NCBI GenBank assembly: GCA_021776245.1
Contig: JAJFGF010000037.1
Coordinates: forward strand, 8,945-72,944
Reading direction: 5' to 3'
DNA length: 64,000 bases
DNA from: Hyphococcus sp.
GTDB lineage: Bacteria; Pseudomonadota; Alphaproteobacteria; Caulobacterales; Parvularculaceae
Below are positions 49,152 through 60,099 of the stretch, piece after piece. Position 1 is the first letter of the stretch. Each line of letters opens with the position of its first letter. Position numbers and translations under genes: made by a program. The notes beneath the pieces were generated by a model, which saw only the letters and a list, made by a program, of their open reading frames with translations, was not told the DNA's origin and did no database searches.

Positions 49152-50392
49152 GCGAAGGCGCGCATGGCGGAGTTCGGCTGACGAATGAGCAGCGCAGCGC
49201 ATTCCATTGGCTCAATGCGCCGTCGTTAACACGTGTGGTCAGCGCCCTTGAAAGCGCCGAGGCCGGTTCGGCGCGGTTTGTCGGCGGTTGTGTTCGCGAC
49301 AGCCTGCTGGGGATGACGCCGAAAGATTTCGACATTGCGACGACGCTTGAGCCCGGCGCTGTCACCGACGCTTTGAAAAAAGCGGGGCTGCGCGCTGCGC
49401 CGACGGGCGTTGAGCACGGTACAATAACCGCGATCGTCGATCATCAGGGCGTTGAGGTAACGACGTTGCGCGCTGATGTTTCGACTGACGGGCGGCGCGC
49501 GACGGTGGCGTTCACAACGGACTGGTCCGTCGATGCAGGCAGGCGCGATTTTACCATAAATGCGATTTATCTGACCCCTGACGGGCGATTATTTGACCCT
49601 GTTGGCGGTGTCGCCGACGCGGGCGCCAAATATGTGCGTTTCATTGGCGACGCGGCGGGGCGCATTCGCGAGGACTATTTGAGAATCTTGCGGTTTTTCA
49701 GGTTTACCGCGCGATTTTCTGAGAGTTTTGATGCGGCGGGCCTTTCGGCCTGCGCCGAATTAAAGGGCGGCATGACGCAGCTTTCCGCTGAGCGTATTGG
49801 CGCCGAGACAATGAATATTCTTTCCTTGCCTCGTGCGACATTTGCATTGGAGGCGATGCATGACGCCGGTGTGCTTAAGATAATCTGGCCGGAGGCAGCG
49901 GATATTGCTGCGGTTGACAGGCTAAAGGCCGCTGAGCCTGCGGCGTCAGCGCCGCTTGTTCTCGCAGCTCTTTATGGCGACGGAGGCGACGGGCTCGGCG
50001 CGCGGCTGCGCCTTTCGAATGCTGAGAAGGCCCTCAGGTCAAGCGCATTAAAAGGCGCTGCGCAGATCGCTCCGTCGCTCGATGAGCAAGGCGCACGGGT
50101 ATTGATCTACCGTCTGGGCAAGGATGTTTTCACGGACTCGATCGCCATAGCCTGTGCGTTTCAAAAAATAGCTGAAAAAGACTATCAGCGCCTCAAAGAC
50201 ATTGTTGATCTGTGGTTGCCGCCGGTGCTGGGGGTTTCTGGCCGGCATATTATTGAGCAGGGCGTCGCCGCCGGGCCTGCGGTGGCGGCGATACTCCACG
50301 CAATTGAAGAACAATGGATTGCCGAGGCCTTTCCCGATGAAATGCGCGTCAAAGCGATTTTGTCGGTGCAAATCGCCCAGCATAACAATTGA
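49148..50392 (+). CDS. cca: CCA-adding tRNA nucleotidyltransferase
   Basis: FVGGCVRDSLLG ... DFDIATT ... RRDFTINA. Confidence 0.87.
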   Translation: MSEGAHGGVRLTNEQRSAFHWLNAPSLTRVVSALESAEAGSARFVGGCVRDSLLGMTPKDFDIATTLEPGAVTDALKKAGLRAAPTGVEHGTITAIVDHQGVEVTTLRADVSTDGRRATVAFTTDWSVDAGRRDFTINAIYLTPDGRLFDPVGGVADAGAKYVRFIGDAAGRIREDYLRILRFFRFTARFSESFDAAGLSACAELKGGMTQLSAERIGAETMNILSLPRATFALEAMHDAGVLKIIWPEAADIAAVDRLKAAEPAASAPLVLAALYGDGGDGLGARLRLSNAEKALRSSALKGAAQIAPSLDEQGARVLIYRLGKDVFTDSIAIACAFQKIAEKDYQRLKDIVDLWLPPVLGVSGRHIIEQGVAAGPAVAAILHAIEEQWIAEAFPDEMRVKAILSVQIAQHNN

Positions 50393-50593
50393 TTCGCGGC
50401 TTATCACGAGCCAGGCGGCTCAACGCCGTGCATGGATGTTTATCGACAAAATCCGCTCCTTGTGGAACGCGCAGGCAGGCCCTCGGAGGGGTTTTAGTGC
50501 GCCTTTTTCGGTGCGCTGGGCTCCTGTTCCGTTTGACCCCGCCAGATAAAGCCGGTTTTATGAGCCAAATTGAATATCAGGGAGACGACAGGG

Positions 50594-52210
50594 ATGATGG
50601 GACTGATGATGGACCGGCCGTTGCTGACGACCGAGATCCTCAAACATGCCGTTCGCAATTATCGCAGCACGGAGATCATTACGCGCACGGTCGAAGGACC
50701 GATCCATCGTTACACGATCACCGACAGCGAGCGACGGATCAAAAAGCTCGCCAATGCGCTCACAAATATGGGCGTCAAATATGGCGATCGGATCGGCGTC
50801 ATCGGCTGGAACACCTATCGCCAGTTTGAACTTTATTACGCAGTTGGCGGCATCGGCGCCGTCCTTCACACCGTCAATCCGCGCCTTGGCCCCGACAATG
50901 CCGCTTTTGTCATCAATCACGCGGAAGATGATTACCTGTTTTACGACACAACTTTCGCACCGCTGATTGCCGCGCTCAGACCGAATTTGAAAACAGTCAA
51001 AGGCTATTGCGTGTTGACCGACGCCGATCATGCGGGAGAGGCGGGCGACGGCGCGACGACTTATGAAGAATTAATTGCCGGTGAAAGTGATAGTTTTGAC
51101 TGGCAGGATTTTGATGAAAACACCGCCGTTACCATGTGTTATACCTCTGGCACGACCGGCGATCCCAAAGGCGTCGTTTACAGCCATCGCGCGCTCGTTT
51201 TGCAATCCTTTGCAAGCGTCTTGCCGACATCGCTCGGCGTTCGAGAAGGCGATATATTGCTGCCGGTGGTGCCGATGTTCCATGTCAATGCGTGGAACAC
51301 GCCCTATTCTTGCCTCATGGTCGGCGTGACCCAGGTATTTCCGGGTCCGCGTCTGGATGGCGAAGGCCTTTATGAAATGCTTGATTCGGAAAAGGTGACC
51401 TATTCCGCGGGCGTGCCCACGGTTTGGCTGGGCCTCCTGCAGTATCTTGAGAAGACCGGAAAAGAACTGCCTTATCTTAAGAAAGGCATGTGTGGCGGCT
51501 CGGCTTTGCCGGAAGCGCTAATTCGCGGTTTTAAAAAATATGATGTTGAGCTGCAGCAGGGTTGGGGCATGACTGAAATGTCGCCGATCGGAACGGTCAA
51601 TGTGCTGCCGCCGCATATTGAAAATCTGCCGCTGGACGAACGTATTCCGTATCAGTTAAAGGCCGGTCGTGCATTGCCTTATGTGGATATGAGGATCGTT
51701 TCTGAAGACGGTCATATATTGCCCCATGACGGGACCAGCGATGGCAACCTTCAGGTGCGCGGACCCTGGATCATCAAGGAATATTATAAGGCCGCGGCGC
51801 CGACGCTCACCGCTGACGGTTGGTTCGATACTGGCGACGTCGCCATCATTGATCCGGACGGTTTTTTGCAGATCACCGATCGTTCAAAAGACGTCATCAA
51901 AACCGGCGGTGAGTGGGTGTCATCAATCGATATTGAAAACGCCGCGCTACTTCACGACGGCGTTGCGGCCGCGGGCGTCATTGGCGTTTATCATCCGAAA
52001 TGGCAGGAACGCCCGATGCTGGTTGTCGTCAAGAAGGAAGGAAAAGACCCGAGCGCCGATGACATCAAGAATTTCCTCAAGGATAAGCTCGACAAAATCG
52101 CCTGGCCGGACGCTGTCGAGTTCGTTGATGAAATTCCTTTGGGCGCGACGGGCAAAGTTCTAAAAACCAAGCTGCGGAAAATGTTTAAGGGCTATGAGCT
52201 TCCCGCCTAA
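50594..52210 (+). CDS. AMP-dependent acyl-CoA synthetase (long/medium-chain fatty acid-CoA ligase)
   Basis: AMP-binding motif [11 protein letters not shown] and the TGD ... GEW region. The start was placed at [11 protein letters not shown]. Confidence 0.9.
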   Translation: MMGLMMDRPLLTTEILKHAVRNYRSTEIITRTVEGPIHRYTITDSERRIKKLANALTNMGVKYGDRIGVIGWNTYRQFELYYAVGGIGAVLHTVNPRLGPDNAAFVINHAEDDYLFYDTTFAPLIAALRPNLKTVKGYCVLTDADHAGEAGDGATTYEELIAGESDSFDWQDFDENTAVTMCYTSGTTGDPKGVVYSHRALVLQSFASVLPTSLGVREGDILLPVVPMFHVNAWNTPYSCLMVGVTQVFPGPRLDGEGLYEMLDSEKVTYSAGVPTVWLGLLQYLEKTGKELPYLKKGMCGGSALPEALIRGFKKYDVELQQGWGMTEMSPIGTVNVLPPHIENLPLDERIPYQLKAGRALPYVDMRIVSEDGHILPHDGTSDGNLQVRGPWIIKEYYKAAAPTLTADGWFDTGDVAIIDPDGFLQITDRSKDVIKTGGEWVSSIDIENAALLHDGVAAAGVIGVYHPKWQERPMLVVVKKEGKDPSADDIKNFLKDKLDKIAWPDAVEFVDEIPLGATGKVLKTKLRKMFKGYELPA

Positions 52211-52216
52211 CGCCTG

Positions 52217-52864
52217 CTAGGCTTGCGTCAGACCATGGCGAACGGCATAGAGCGCCGCCTGCGTGCGGTCGTCTACGCCAAGCTTTGACAACACTACGCT
52301 GACATATCCTTTCACCGTGCCCTCCGTGAGGTTCAGGTCATAGGATATCGCTTTGTTACTCTTGCCGCGGGCGATTTCGCAAAGAATGTCCAGCTCACGC
52401 GGTGTGAGTTCTTCGTGCGGCAAGCGCTCTCCGCTTGCGCGACGCAGTAGTTGCTTCTGCACCGCGGGATGAAATACCGGCGCGCCGCGATGGGCGCTTT
52501 CAATCGACCATAACAGCTCCCTTTTTGAGACATCCTTTAACAGATACCCCATGACCCCGGCATCGATCGCTTGCTGCAAATGCAAATCATCGCCAAGCGT
52601 ACTGGTGAGCAACACAATTTTCGCGGGCAATTGCATTTCGTTCATGGCGGCGGCGGCTTCGATTCCGCTTCGTCCGGGCAGGGCGACATCCATCAACACG
52701 ACGTCGGGTCTTGTTTTTTCGATAATGTCGATCGCATCATCGGCATTGCCCGCCTCACCAATGATGTCGATCATCGGCTCATCGCCAAGCAGCGTCCGCA
52801 ATCCCTCGCGAACGATGCTATGGTCATCGACAATAACAATGCGTATAGCCGCCGAAGGGGCCAT
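52217..52864 (-). CDS. NarL/FixJ-type response regulator
   Basis: Receiver domain (IVIVDDHSIV ... VLMDVALPG) plus a LuxR-type HTH (LTPRELDIL ... KSNKAISYDLNLTEGTVKGY). Confidence 0.9.
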   Translation of the reverse strand: MAPSAAIRIVIVDDHSIVREGLRTLLGDEPMIDIIGEAGNADDAIDIIEKTRPDVVLMDVALPGRSGIEAAAAMNEMQLPAKIVLLTSTLGDDLHLQQAIDAGVMGYLLKDVSKRELLWSIESAHRGAPVFHPAVQKQLLRRASGERLPHEELTPRELDILCEIARGKSNKAISYDLNLTEGTVKGYVSVVLSKLGVDDRTQAALYAVRHGLTQA

Positions 52865-52886
52865 ATTTTTCTCTCCCGCGAGTGTT

Positions 52887-54044
52887 CTAATGCAAAGGTG
52901 CGCGAAGCTCAACGCAAACGCCGCCGCCCGCGCGATTTTCAACCGTTAAGTGTCCGCCAGCCTTAACGGCCCGGGCGCGCATGCTGGCGATGCCGATACG
53001 TGTTGTTGTGCTGTCGGGCGCGTGTCCCGTGGTTAATCCTTGTCCATCATCTTCTATCCGGAAACATAGCTCTGTCCCATTTCGCTTGAGGGAGATGGAG
53101 ACTGTTTTCGCGCCGCCGTGACGAAAAGCGTTCGCCAGCGCCTCCTGGCAAATGCGCAGCAGCGTCTCCTCGAGTAACTCGCTAAGGTCGCATTCATTAT
53201 TAATATCGAATATGACCGTCGCATCCTCCGGCGCCGTAAGATCGCAGTGACGCTGAAGTGCTTTCGCAAGGCCGTTGTGGCGCGCATAGGCCGCCAGAGA
53301 CCCTTTGTCTTCGTCACCGGGACCGCGCAACTCATCCAACAACGCTTTCATTTCACTCTGAGCAAGGCGCGCGATTTCGAGAAGGCGATTAGCGCGGGCT
53401 TTACCTTCCGCCTCGTCCTGTTGAAAGCCCGGCTCGATCGATTGGGCGACCAGCGACATCGAAAAAATTAGTTGGCTGACGCTGTCATGGAGGTCGCGGG
53501 CAAGGCGCTGGCGTTCTTTGAGCGCAGCGTATTTTTTTTCCCGCTCGTAAGAGCGCGCATTGTTTATTGCGATCGCGGCATGCCGCGCGAACATTTCGAG
53601 CATGCGCAAATCATTATCGCCAAAACGTTTTGGCGGCGCTGCGCCAATGCCAAAGGTGCCGATTATATCGCCCCGCCACATGATCGGCATGCCGACGACG
53701 CTGTCCTCATCCATGCCGCCCAGCTGAGGCGACGAAAGGTCGCCATATCGATCTATTAACACTGGCTCGCGATCGCGATAAACTTTTCCCGCCAACCCGT
53801 CACCGGATTTTGCGACCGACCCAAGTTCTTCAGACGGCATTTTGTAGATGGCTTCTATTTTGACGCTTTCACTTTCGAGATCGACCAGACCGATGGAACC
53901 GCGGTCGGCATGCAAAAGCTCGCAGGCTTTTTGGACGATCGAAGTGAGCAGCGGACGCAGTTCCAACTCTCCGCTGATGACCTCGATCATTTCACGGAGG
54001 TGATCCTGGTCGATCATGGCGGCGTCATCGTCGTGCATCGGCAT
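52887..54044 (-). CDS. GAF-domain sensor histidine kinase (HisKA_3 type)
   Basis: GAF domain, H-box RLARDLHDSVSQ and an HATPase_c domain. No TM segment is seen, so it is cytoplasmic. The TTG start at 54086 was rejected in favour of the ATG at 54044. Confidence 0.85.
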   Translation of the reverse strand: MPMHDDDAAMIDQDHLREMIEVISGELELRPLLTSIVQKACELLHADRGSIGLVDLESESVKIEAIYKMPSEELGSVAKSGDGLAGKVYRDREPVLIDRYGDLSSPQLGGMDEDSVVGMPIMWRGDIIGTFGIGAAPPKRFGDNDLRMLEMFARHAAIAINNARSYEREKKYAALKERQRLARDLHDSVSQLIFSMSLVAQSIEPGFQQDEAEGKARANRLLEIARLAQSEMKALLDELRGPGDEDKGSLAAYARHNGLAKALQRHCDLTAPEDATVIFDINNECDLSELLEETLLRICQEALANAFRHGGAKTVSISLKRNGTELCFRIEDDGQGLTTGHAPDSTTTRIGIASMRARAVKAGGHLTVENRAGGGVCVELRAPLH

Positions 54045-54075
54045 TTCCCGCACAATTTCAAAATGGCAGCGGCCA

Positions 54076-54097
54076 AACCCTGACAAAAGTCAGGGTT
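54076..54097. terminator. perfect 9-bp/4-nt-loop hairpin between the RND operon and the sensor kinase gene
   Basis: AACCCTGAC AAAA GTCAGGGTT. There is no clear U tract, so its function as a terminator is uncertain. Confidence 0.3.
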
Positions 54098-54226
54098 CTA
54101 AATGACTGAATTGCAGCACTGAAAAGCGTTCTGCGCAAGCAGCATGGCTGCGCGCGCTTCAGCCTTCACCATCGCGGATATGCGGCGCCGGCTCAGCGTT
54201 AGCTGAACCAGCGCCGATTTTATCGA

Positions 54227-57200
54227 TCAGGTTGCAGATGGCTGTTCGCCGCCGATTGCGGGTTTCTGTTCGGGTAGATTCAGCTGTTCATCGAAATTCG
54301 GCTGCTTCCTGCCGGTAATCACGTAGATAAAGAAGCGGCGGATGTCGGCGCCGATGGAATAGAGCGCCGGGACGAAAAACAACGTGACGAAGAGGGCGAA
54401 CAGTACGCCAAAAGAAAGACCGATGCCCACCGGGATCAGAAACTTTGCTTGTATTGAGCGCTCCATCATTAGCGGCAACAGACCGACAAAAGTTGTCAGT
54501 GACGTTAACAGGATTGGGCGGAAGCGTTTTGTTCCCGCAGTGACCAGCGCTTCGGCGCCGTCCATGCCTTTTTCGCGCAACTTGTTGATGTAATCGATCA
54601 AGACAAGATTATCGTTCACGGCAACGCCTGCGGCGGCCATTATCCCGAGATAGGAAAAGATTGACAGCGCTTCTCCCATGACGAGATGGCCAATCATAGC
54701 GCCGGTAAAACAAAATGGGATTGCAGCGAACAGGATCAAAATCGGCTCGAAATATGACTTGAACGCGACGGCGACGAGGAAATAGGCGACCAGGATCGCA
54801 ATAAGGCCGAGTGTCAGGATTTCGGCCATGAATTCCGCCTGCCCCTGCGCGCGTCCAATATTGCCGCGCGTCACGGTTGGATGCCGGGCGTCGAACGCTT
54901 CGAAATATTCGTCGGACAAGGCGTCGCGAATCTCGTCGATCCGCTCAGAGACAACTTCTGCGCTGACGATTACCGCCCGCTGGCGTTCTCGGCGCAGGAT
55001 TTGTGTGATGCCGTCCGCATATTCGAGATTCGCGACCGTATAAAGCGGGATTTCGCGGCCATCTGCCGTGCGAATGCGCATATTCTTCAAGTGATCGAGA
55101 GATTCCCGGTCGCTGCGCGGATAACGCACAAACACGCGCACATCAGCGCCGTCTCGCGGCAGGCGTTGCACCTCCTCGCCGTAAAAGCCCTGACGCACCT
55201 GGCGTGCAACATCAGCTGTCGTCACGCCAAGCGCCTCGGCGCCGGGTTTCAACTCAAAACGGACTTCTTGCGCTGCGGACTGCGAATCATTGACCACGTT
55301 AAAGACGCCTTCAAAGCTTCTCAGCTTGTCCATTAGATCTTCGGCGGCAGCGTTCAGATCCTCCAGGCTTTTTGAGTTCAGGACATATTCGATGGGTGGC
55401 CCTTGATTGTTATTTTGATAAGCGACTGAGATGGTTTCAGCATCGGGAACGTCGCCGATCAATGCGCGCAAGCGCTCGGCCGTCTCTTTTGCGGTCATTG
55501 AGCGCGTTTCCGGCGGCACGAGCTTGACGAGCGCCAGCACCTGATTGTCGCGCGAGCGCGTATACCAGTTTTCGATCAACTCGCCTTCGCCGCCCGTTGA
55601 CGCATTCACTTCATCGACGAGTTTCGCCTCGGCAACCTGAATCTGTTTTAATATCTCCAGCGTGCGCGCATAAGGCGCCCCCTGGGGCAGGTTGACCGTG
55701 ATTTCAATTTGGTCAGATTCGATTTCCGGCATGAACGACGTGCGCACGATGCCGTTGGTTAGCAATCCAACTGACAACATCATGGCGCCGATAAAAAGAG
55801 TCGCTGTCAGATAACGGCGCTTGACCGCTGCTGTGATGGCTGGTTGATAAATATTTTGTGCAAACCAGATGACGCTGTCTGCTGTTTTGGCCTGAAAGCG
55901 AATAAGCGGGTTTGTTGATTTGCTTGGTTTTAGATGCGCCAGATGCGAAGGCAGGATTAACAATGATTCAACGAGAGAAAATGTCAGCGCCAGAATAACG
56001 ACCAGTGAAATCGCACGCGTAAATTCCGCCGTTCCGCCGCCGACAAACATCCATGGCGCAAAGAAAATCATTGTCGTCAGCACTGCAAACACAACGGGCA
56101 TGATGACCATTTTTGTGCCGCTGATGGCGGCGCTTACGCCGCTTTCACCATCTTCAATTTTGGTGTGGATTGCTTCGCCGACGATAATGGCGTCATCGAC
56201 AATAACGCCGATCACCAGCAAAAACGCAAAGCTGGAGATCATATTGAGAGAAACATCAAACATCGGCAGGAAAGCAAGGCCGCCGGCAAAAGCGACGGCA
56301 ATACCCGCCGACACCCAAAATGCGATCGTGGGCCTCAAGAAGAGCACGAGGGTAATCATGACAAGGACGAGGCCCATCAGGAAATTTGAAGCAATTGTGC
56401 CCATCCGGCCTGAATAAGTTTCCTCCTGATCTTCCCACACCGTCATGGAAATACCTTCAGGCGCGTCAGGCCGTTCGTTTTCAAGATAAGCAGCGACTTC
56501 GCGTGATATATTGACGATGTCCATTTCCGGTCCGCTCATCACCTGAACGAGGATAGTGTGTTCGCCGTTCACCGTGGCGAGTAGATTTACCTCTTCAAAG
56601 CCATCTTTTACCGTCGCTATGTCGCTGAGGCGGACGATGGCCCCATTGGGCAGTTGCTTGACAATTATTTTTTCAAATTCGCTTTGCGTATCGGCGAGAT
56701 TGCGCGTTCTAAGCTGCATGTCGCCGAGGTCAGTGCGCACATTGCCAGCCGAGACATTCACCGATGTGCCGCGCACCGCTTCGACAATATCTGAAAACGT
56801 AATGCCATAACGGCGCAGCGCGTCTTCTGAAACCTCTATCGAGACCTCTTCTTCGCGCACGCCAAACAAATCCACAGACGGTACGCTTGGCAAAAGGGCG
56901 ATCTCCCGGCGCACTTTTTCTGCGTAACGCTTTAGAATTTTTTCATCGACTTCGCCGCGCACAGCGATGCGAACGATTTCATCCTGGCTTCTGAAAAGCC
57001 TCATTTGCGCCGGTTCAGCTGCTGCTGGAAAGGTATTGATCGAATCTATTTCCCGCTTGAGGTCCTGAAGGAATTTCGCCTCATCAAGGTCGTCGTCGCC
57101 AATAGCCCAGAGCGTGCCCATGCCTTCACGCGCTTCAGACCACATCCGGTCAATGCCGTTGACGCGGCTGACAGCCTCTTCAAGGCGTACGACGATCTGC

Positions 57201-57385
57201 TCTTCGACATCCTGAGGCGAAGCGCCAAGCCAGATGACATTAATTTGCGCGCCCGGAAATTCGACAAATGGGTCCAGCTCGCGCTCGATGCGCATTACGC
57301 CGACAATGCCGGCGATCAATATGCCAAACATCAGTAGATTGGCGGCGACTTTATTATTCGCCCACCAGGAAACCACGCCATTCAT
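54227..57385 (-). CDS. RND efflux permease (AcrB/HAE family)
   Basis: 1052-aa ORF with 12 TM segments and two large periplasmic loops. Its start overlaps the stop of the MFP gene by 4 nt. Confidence 0.95.
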   Translation of the reverse strand: MNGVVSWWANNKVAANLLMFGILIAGIVGVMRIERELDPFVEFPGAQINVIWLGASPQDVEEQIVVRLEEAVSRVNGIDRMWSEAREGMGTLWAIGDDDLDEAKFLQDLKREIDSINTFPAAAEPAQMRLFRSQDEIVRIAVRGEVDEKILKRYAEKVRREIALLPSVPSVDLFGVREEEVSIEVSEDALRRYGITFSDIVEAVRGTSVNVSAGNVRTDLGDMQLRTRNLADTQSEFEKIIVKQLPNGAIVRLSDIATVKDGFEEVNLLATVNGEHTILVQVMSGPEMDIVNISREVAAYLENERPDAPEGISMTVWEDQEETYSGRMGTIASNFLMGLVLVMITLVLFLRPTIAFWVSAGIAVAFAGGLAFLPMFDVSLNMISSFAFLLVIGVIVDDAIIVGEAIHTKIEDGESGVSAAISGTKMVIMPVVFAVLTTMIFFAPWMFVGGGTAEFTRAISLVVILALTFSLVESLLILPSHLAHLKPSKSTNPLIRFQAKTADSVIWFAQNIYQPAITAAVKRRYLTATLFIGAMMLSVGLLTNGIVRTSFMPEIESDQIEITVNLPQGAPYARTLEILKQIQVAEAKLVDEVNASTGGEGELIENWYTRSRDNQVLALVKLVPPETRSMTAKETAERLRALIGDVPDAETISVAYQNNNQGPPIEYVLNSKSLEDLNAAAEDLMDKLRSFEGVFNVVNDSQSAAQEVRFELKPGAEALGVTTADVARQVRQGFYGEEVQRLPRDGADVRVFVRYPRSDRESLDHLKNMRIRTADGREIPLYTVANLEYADGITQILRRERQRAVIVSAEVVSERIDEIRDALSDEYFEAFDARHPTVTRGNIGRAQGQAEFMAEILTLGLIAILVAYFLVAVAFKSYFEPILILFAAIPFCFTGAMIGHLVMGEALSIFSYLGIMAAAGVAVNDNLVLIDYINKLREKGMDGAEALVTAGTKRFRPILLTSLTTFVGLLPLMMERSIQAKFLIPVGIGLSFGVLFALFVTLFFVPALYSIGADIRRFFIYVITGRKQPNFDEQLNLPEQKPAIGGEQPSAT

Positions 57386-58650
57386 CGCCCGCCTCCGACA
57401 TTAGAGGCGTCGGCGACAGCGGATGTGTTCGCGCTGTCATCGGGCGCGCCGGCAATAGCAATGATCATGCCTTCGGCGGCGCCGCGCACCGGCGACGTGA
57501 CAACTTTTTCGCCCTCCTCAATGCCGCCGATGAGCACGGCGCGTGCGCGGTCGGTTTGTGCGACCGTTACCGTTCTGATCTCAAGCGTATTGTCAGCACG
57601 TGCGATAAAGACCTGGTTGTCGCCGCGAAGCGCAGTGCGCGGCACCACGACGCTATTTTCATATTCGCGGCCCTCAATTTCAACACTGACAAAGAGGCCG
57701 GCGGCAAGGGGCGCGCCATTATCTGCGCCTGCGCCATAAGGGTCTTCGACTTCGGCATAGGCGAACAATACGCGCGTTTCGCGATCATAGCCGCTGTCGG
57801 TGCGCGCAATTCGACCACGCCAGATGCGTGGCTCGCCGGCGACTAACGCCGTAAGCTTTACTGTGTGGCCTGGATTATCTTCAGATTGACGAAAACCTAC
57901 CTGCAGGCCCAATTGACCGAGTTCCGAATCCGTTAGCGGCAGGGCGATTTCCATTACGTCGGTCGAGAAGATTTTGCCGAGACTGAGACCCGGAGTCACA
58001 TATTGCCCAATATCGATTTCTTTTGTTTGAACGCGTCCTTTAAAGGGTGCGTGAATGGATGTGCGTGCGAGCCGTAATTCTGCCTCATTGAGCGTCGCTT
58101 CGGCTGAGGCAAGTCCTGCGGCGGCTTCAGCGAGTTGCGGTTCGCGTAATGCGAGCGCTGTGCCTTCGCCCTGGCCCAGTTCTTCCCATTCTTTGCGCGC
58201 GATATTGGCTTCGGCTTCTTCGCTGGCGAAGCGGCTGCGCGCCTGCGCGACATTGGATCTGGCCTGGACGACCCGGAACTTATATTCCGCTGGTTCGATA
58301 CGAATAAGGACGTCGCCCTTTTCAAAGGCGCCGCCTTCGATGAAAGCGGGCGATACATAGGCGACCTTGCCGCTGATTTCCGCCGCCAGATCAATTGTCG
58401 TTCGCGGCGTTGCCTCGCCCTGGGTCTTGATCGCCAATCGCACGGGTTCGGCCGCAGCTTCCGCCACGACAACCGGCGTTGCTTTGACCACATCTTCGTT
58501 TTCCTCGGGTTTAGTCTTGAGGGCGCCCATCGCCATAAACACGACGACAAAGCCGAGGAGTGCGATGACCGGTAGTGCGAATACAACAAAGCGCCGTATG
58601 GCAAGGCCAACATCATTCGGCTTTTTCAACATTTCGAAGCTCATTATCAT
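57382..58650 (-). CDS. RND efflux periplasmic adaptor (MFP)
   Basis: 422-aa ORF with an N-terminal anchor, a coiled-coil hairpin and beta-barrel domains (HAPFKGRV). Confidence 0.9.
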   Translation of the reverse strand: MIMSFEMLKKPNDVGLAIRRFVVFALPVIALLGFVVVFMAMGALKTKPEENEDVVKATPVVVAEAAAEPVRLAIKTQGEATPRTTIDLAAEISGKVAYVSPAFIEGGAFEKGDVLIRIEPAEYKFRVVQARSNVAQARSRFASEEAEANIARKEWEELGQGEGTALALREPQLAEAAAGLASAEATLNEAELRLARTSIHAPFKGRVQTKEIDIGQYVTPGLSLGKIFSTDVMEIALPLTDSELGQLGLQVGFRQSEDNPGHTVKLTALVAGEPRIWRGRIARTDSGYDRETRVLFAYAEVEDPYGAGADNGAPLAAGLFVSVEIEGREYENSVVVPRTALRGDNQVFIARADNTLEIRTVTVAQTDRARAVLIGGIEEGEKVVTSPVRGAAEGMIIAIAGAPDDSANTSAVADASNVGGGR

Positions 58651-59224
58651 TTTTATTGCTCCTTACTCATTGATGGCTGCGCTGCGGCGCCAACAATCCT
58701 TTTCTTTTTTGCGTTTCCCGCAATCCTTGGAACCAAAACGCTGGTTTTCGCTGAGGTCCCCGATGCGTCTGCCGGCAAGCGCCGCCGAACGCCCTTCGAT
58801 CCATTGACAAGATCAATCCTAATTTACATCCGGCAGTCTTAATCTCTTCCTAGTAGATGCGCTGCGCTAGGGGTTTGGATGTCGGTTTCGCGCGTTTTGC
58901 CGCCGCTTGAGCACGCCCTGTCTATTTGGGGAGGAGGATGTTTTCCCGGAGCTGCGCAGAATGCGAAAAAATGGCGCCGAATGGATCGCTGCCGCGCTGT
59001 CTGGTCATCTGAAAATGTGAACGCCTCACCGCAGGGGCGGACAGTGGAGAGCGTGGAATAATCTCATTCGTCGAGAAATCTGGAATGCAAATTACCGCAT
59101 GAGACTGATATTTCCAGCGAAATCCCGGCTCGTCGCCCGCGCATGGCTCTTTATTTCTGCCTTTCAGGACTTTCACATGGCCATAACTATCTGATAATAT
59201 CTTGATCAAGCGAAGCGTGGAGGA

Positions 59225-59244
59225 TTCGTAACGAAATTTACGAA
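59225..59244. promoter_or_regulatory. 20-bp inverted repeat immediately upstream of luxR
   Basis: TTCGTAA CGAAAT TTACGAA (7-bp arms, 6-nt spacer) ends 24 nt before the ATG at 59269. Confidence 0.3.
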
Positions 59245-59268
59245 AACGCATTTCGTCCAGGGGCAGGC

Positions 59269-59997
59269 ATGGGAATTTCATCTGGGATTACGAACGCCGT
59301 TAAGGCAATTGACGCTGTAGAGCGGCTAACCAACCCAAGAAAAGTTGTTAATGAATTTGCAGCATACGCCCGGTCTCTTGGCTTTTCGACTGTTGCGGCT
59401 GGTCAAATAGATAATCCTGCATTCGAGCATAAGCCGTCGAAAATTCATCTCAGCACCTGGCCAAAAGACTGGGCGGAATATTGGGTGAAAAATAACCTTG
59501 TTGTTTCAGACCCTGTCGCCAGAATGGCGTTGTCACAGAAAGATCCGTTCCGCTGGAGTGAGGCGTTTGAAAGATACGGGGACTACGCCCGATCGCACCG
59601 CGATGTGCACAAGGAATTTGGTTTGGAAGATGGATTCACGATTCCAGTTCATACCGGCGACGGCCCACCCGGATGCGTTTCATTGGGTTGCGACAAGTTT
59701 GATTTCGATCCGGCGCATTTAGCGTCGATAGAATTGGCGGCGGTCCACTGTTACGTTAGGCTTGAGAAATTATTCGGCTTGCCCAAGAGAAAAGATATTG
59801 CGAATCTGACGCATCGAGAATCCGAAATCTTACATTTTGTGGCGGCGGGAAAGACCAATTGGGAAATCGGTCACATTCTGTCAATCAGCGAGTATCATGT
59901 TCGTGATTGTTTGAAGAGCGTATCGAAAAAGCTTGATACGGTTAGCCGGGCGCATTCTGTCGCCACCGCCGTGCGTGAGAAACTCATTTTTCCATAA
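59269..59997 (+). CDS. luxR: LuxR-family acyl-homoserine-lactone-responsive transcriptional regulator
   Basis: 242-aa ORF with an autoinducer-binding domain (W ... DPV ... GFTIPVH ... VSLG) and a C-terminal HTH LTHRESEILHFVAAGKTNWEIGHILSISEYHVRDCL. Confidence 0.9.
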   Translation: MGISSGITNAVKAIDAVERLTNPRKVVNEFAAYARSLGFSTVAAGQIDNPAFEHKPSKIHLSTWPKDWAEYWVKNNLVVSDPVARMALSQKDPFRWSEAFERYGDYARSHRDVHKEFGLEDGFTIPVHTGDGPPGCVSLGCDKFDFDPAHLASIELAAVHCYVRLEKLFGLPKRKDIANLTHRESEILHFVAAGKTNWEIGHILSISEYHVRDCLKSVSKKLDTVSRAHSVATAVREKLIFP

Positions 59998-60099
59998 CAA
60001 CCGGACGCAGCCTCTTGGCGCAAAACATTCTGCCGGTAACGCCTCAATAATATTTGGCGCATGCGAGAGTCTACGCTGCAAACGCGCTGCGCTTTGGGG

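Noticed and set aside
58938-59012. 24-codon Cys-rich ORF (MFSRSCAECEKMAPNGSLPRCLVI) after a GGAGGAGG run
   Set aside because: The SD-like run abuts the ATG, so the spacing is too short. There is no supporting context, and short ORFs of this size arise by chance.
58922-59281. 119-aa minus-strand ORF in the RND/luxR spacer
   Set aside because: No family features, no obvious RBS, atypical composition, and it would overlap the luxR start.
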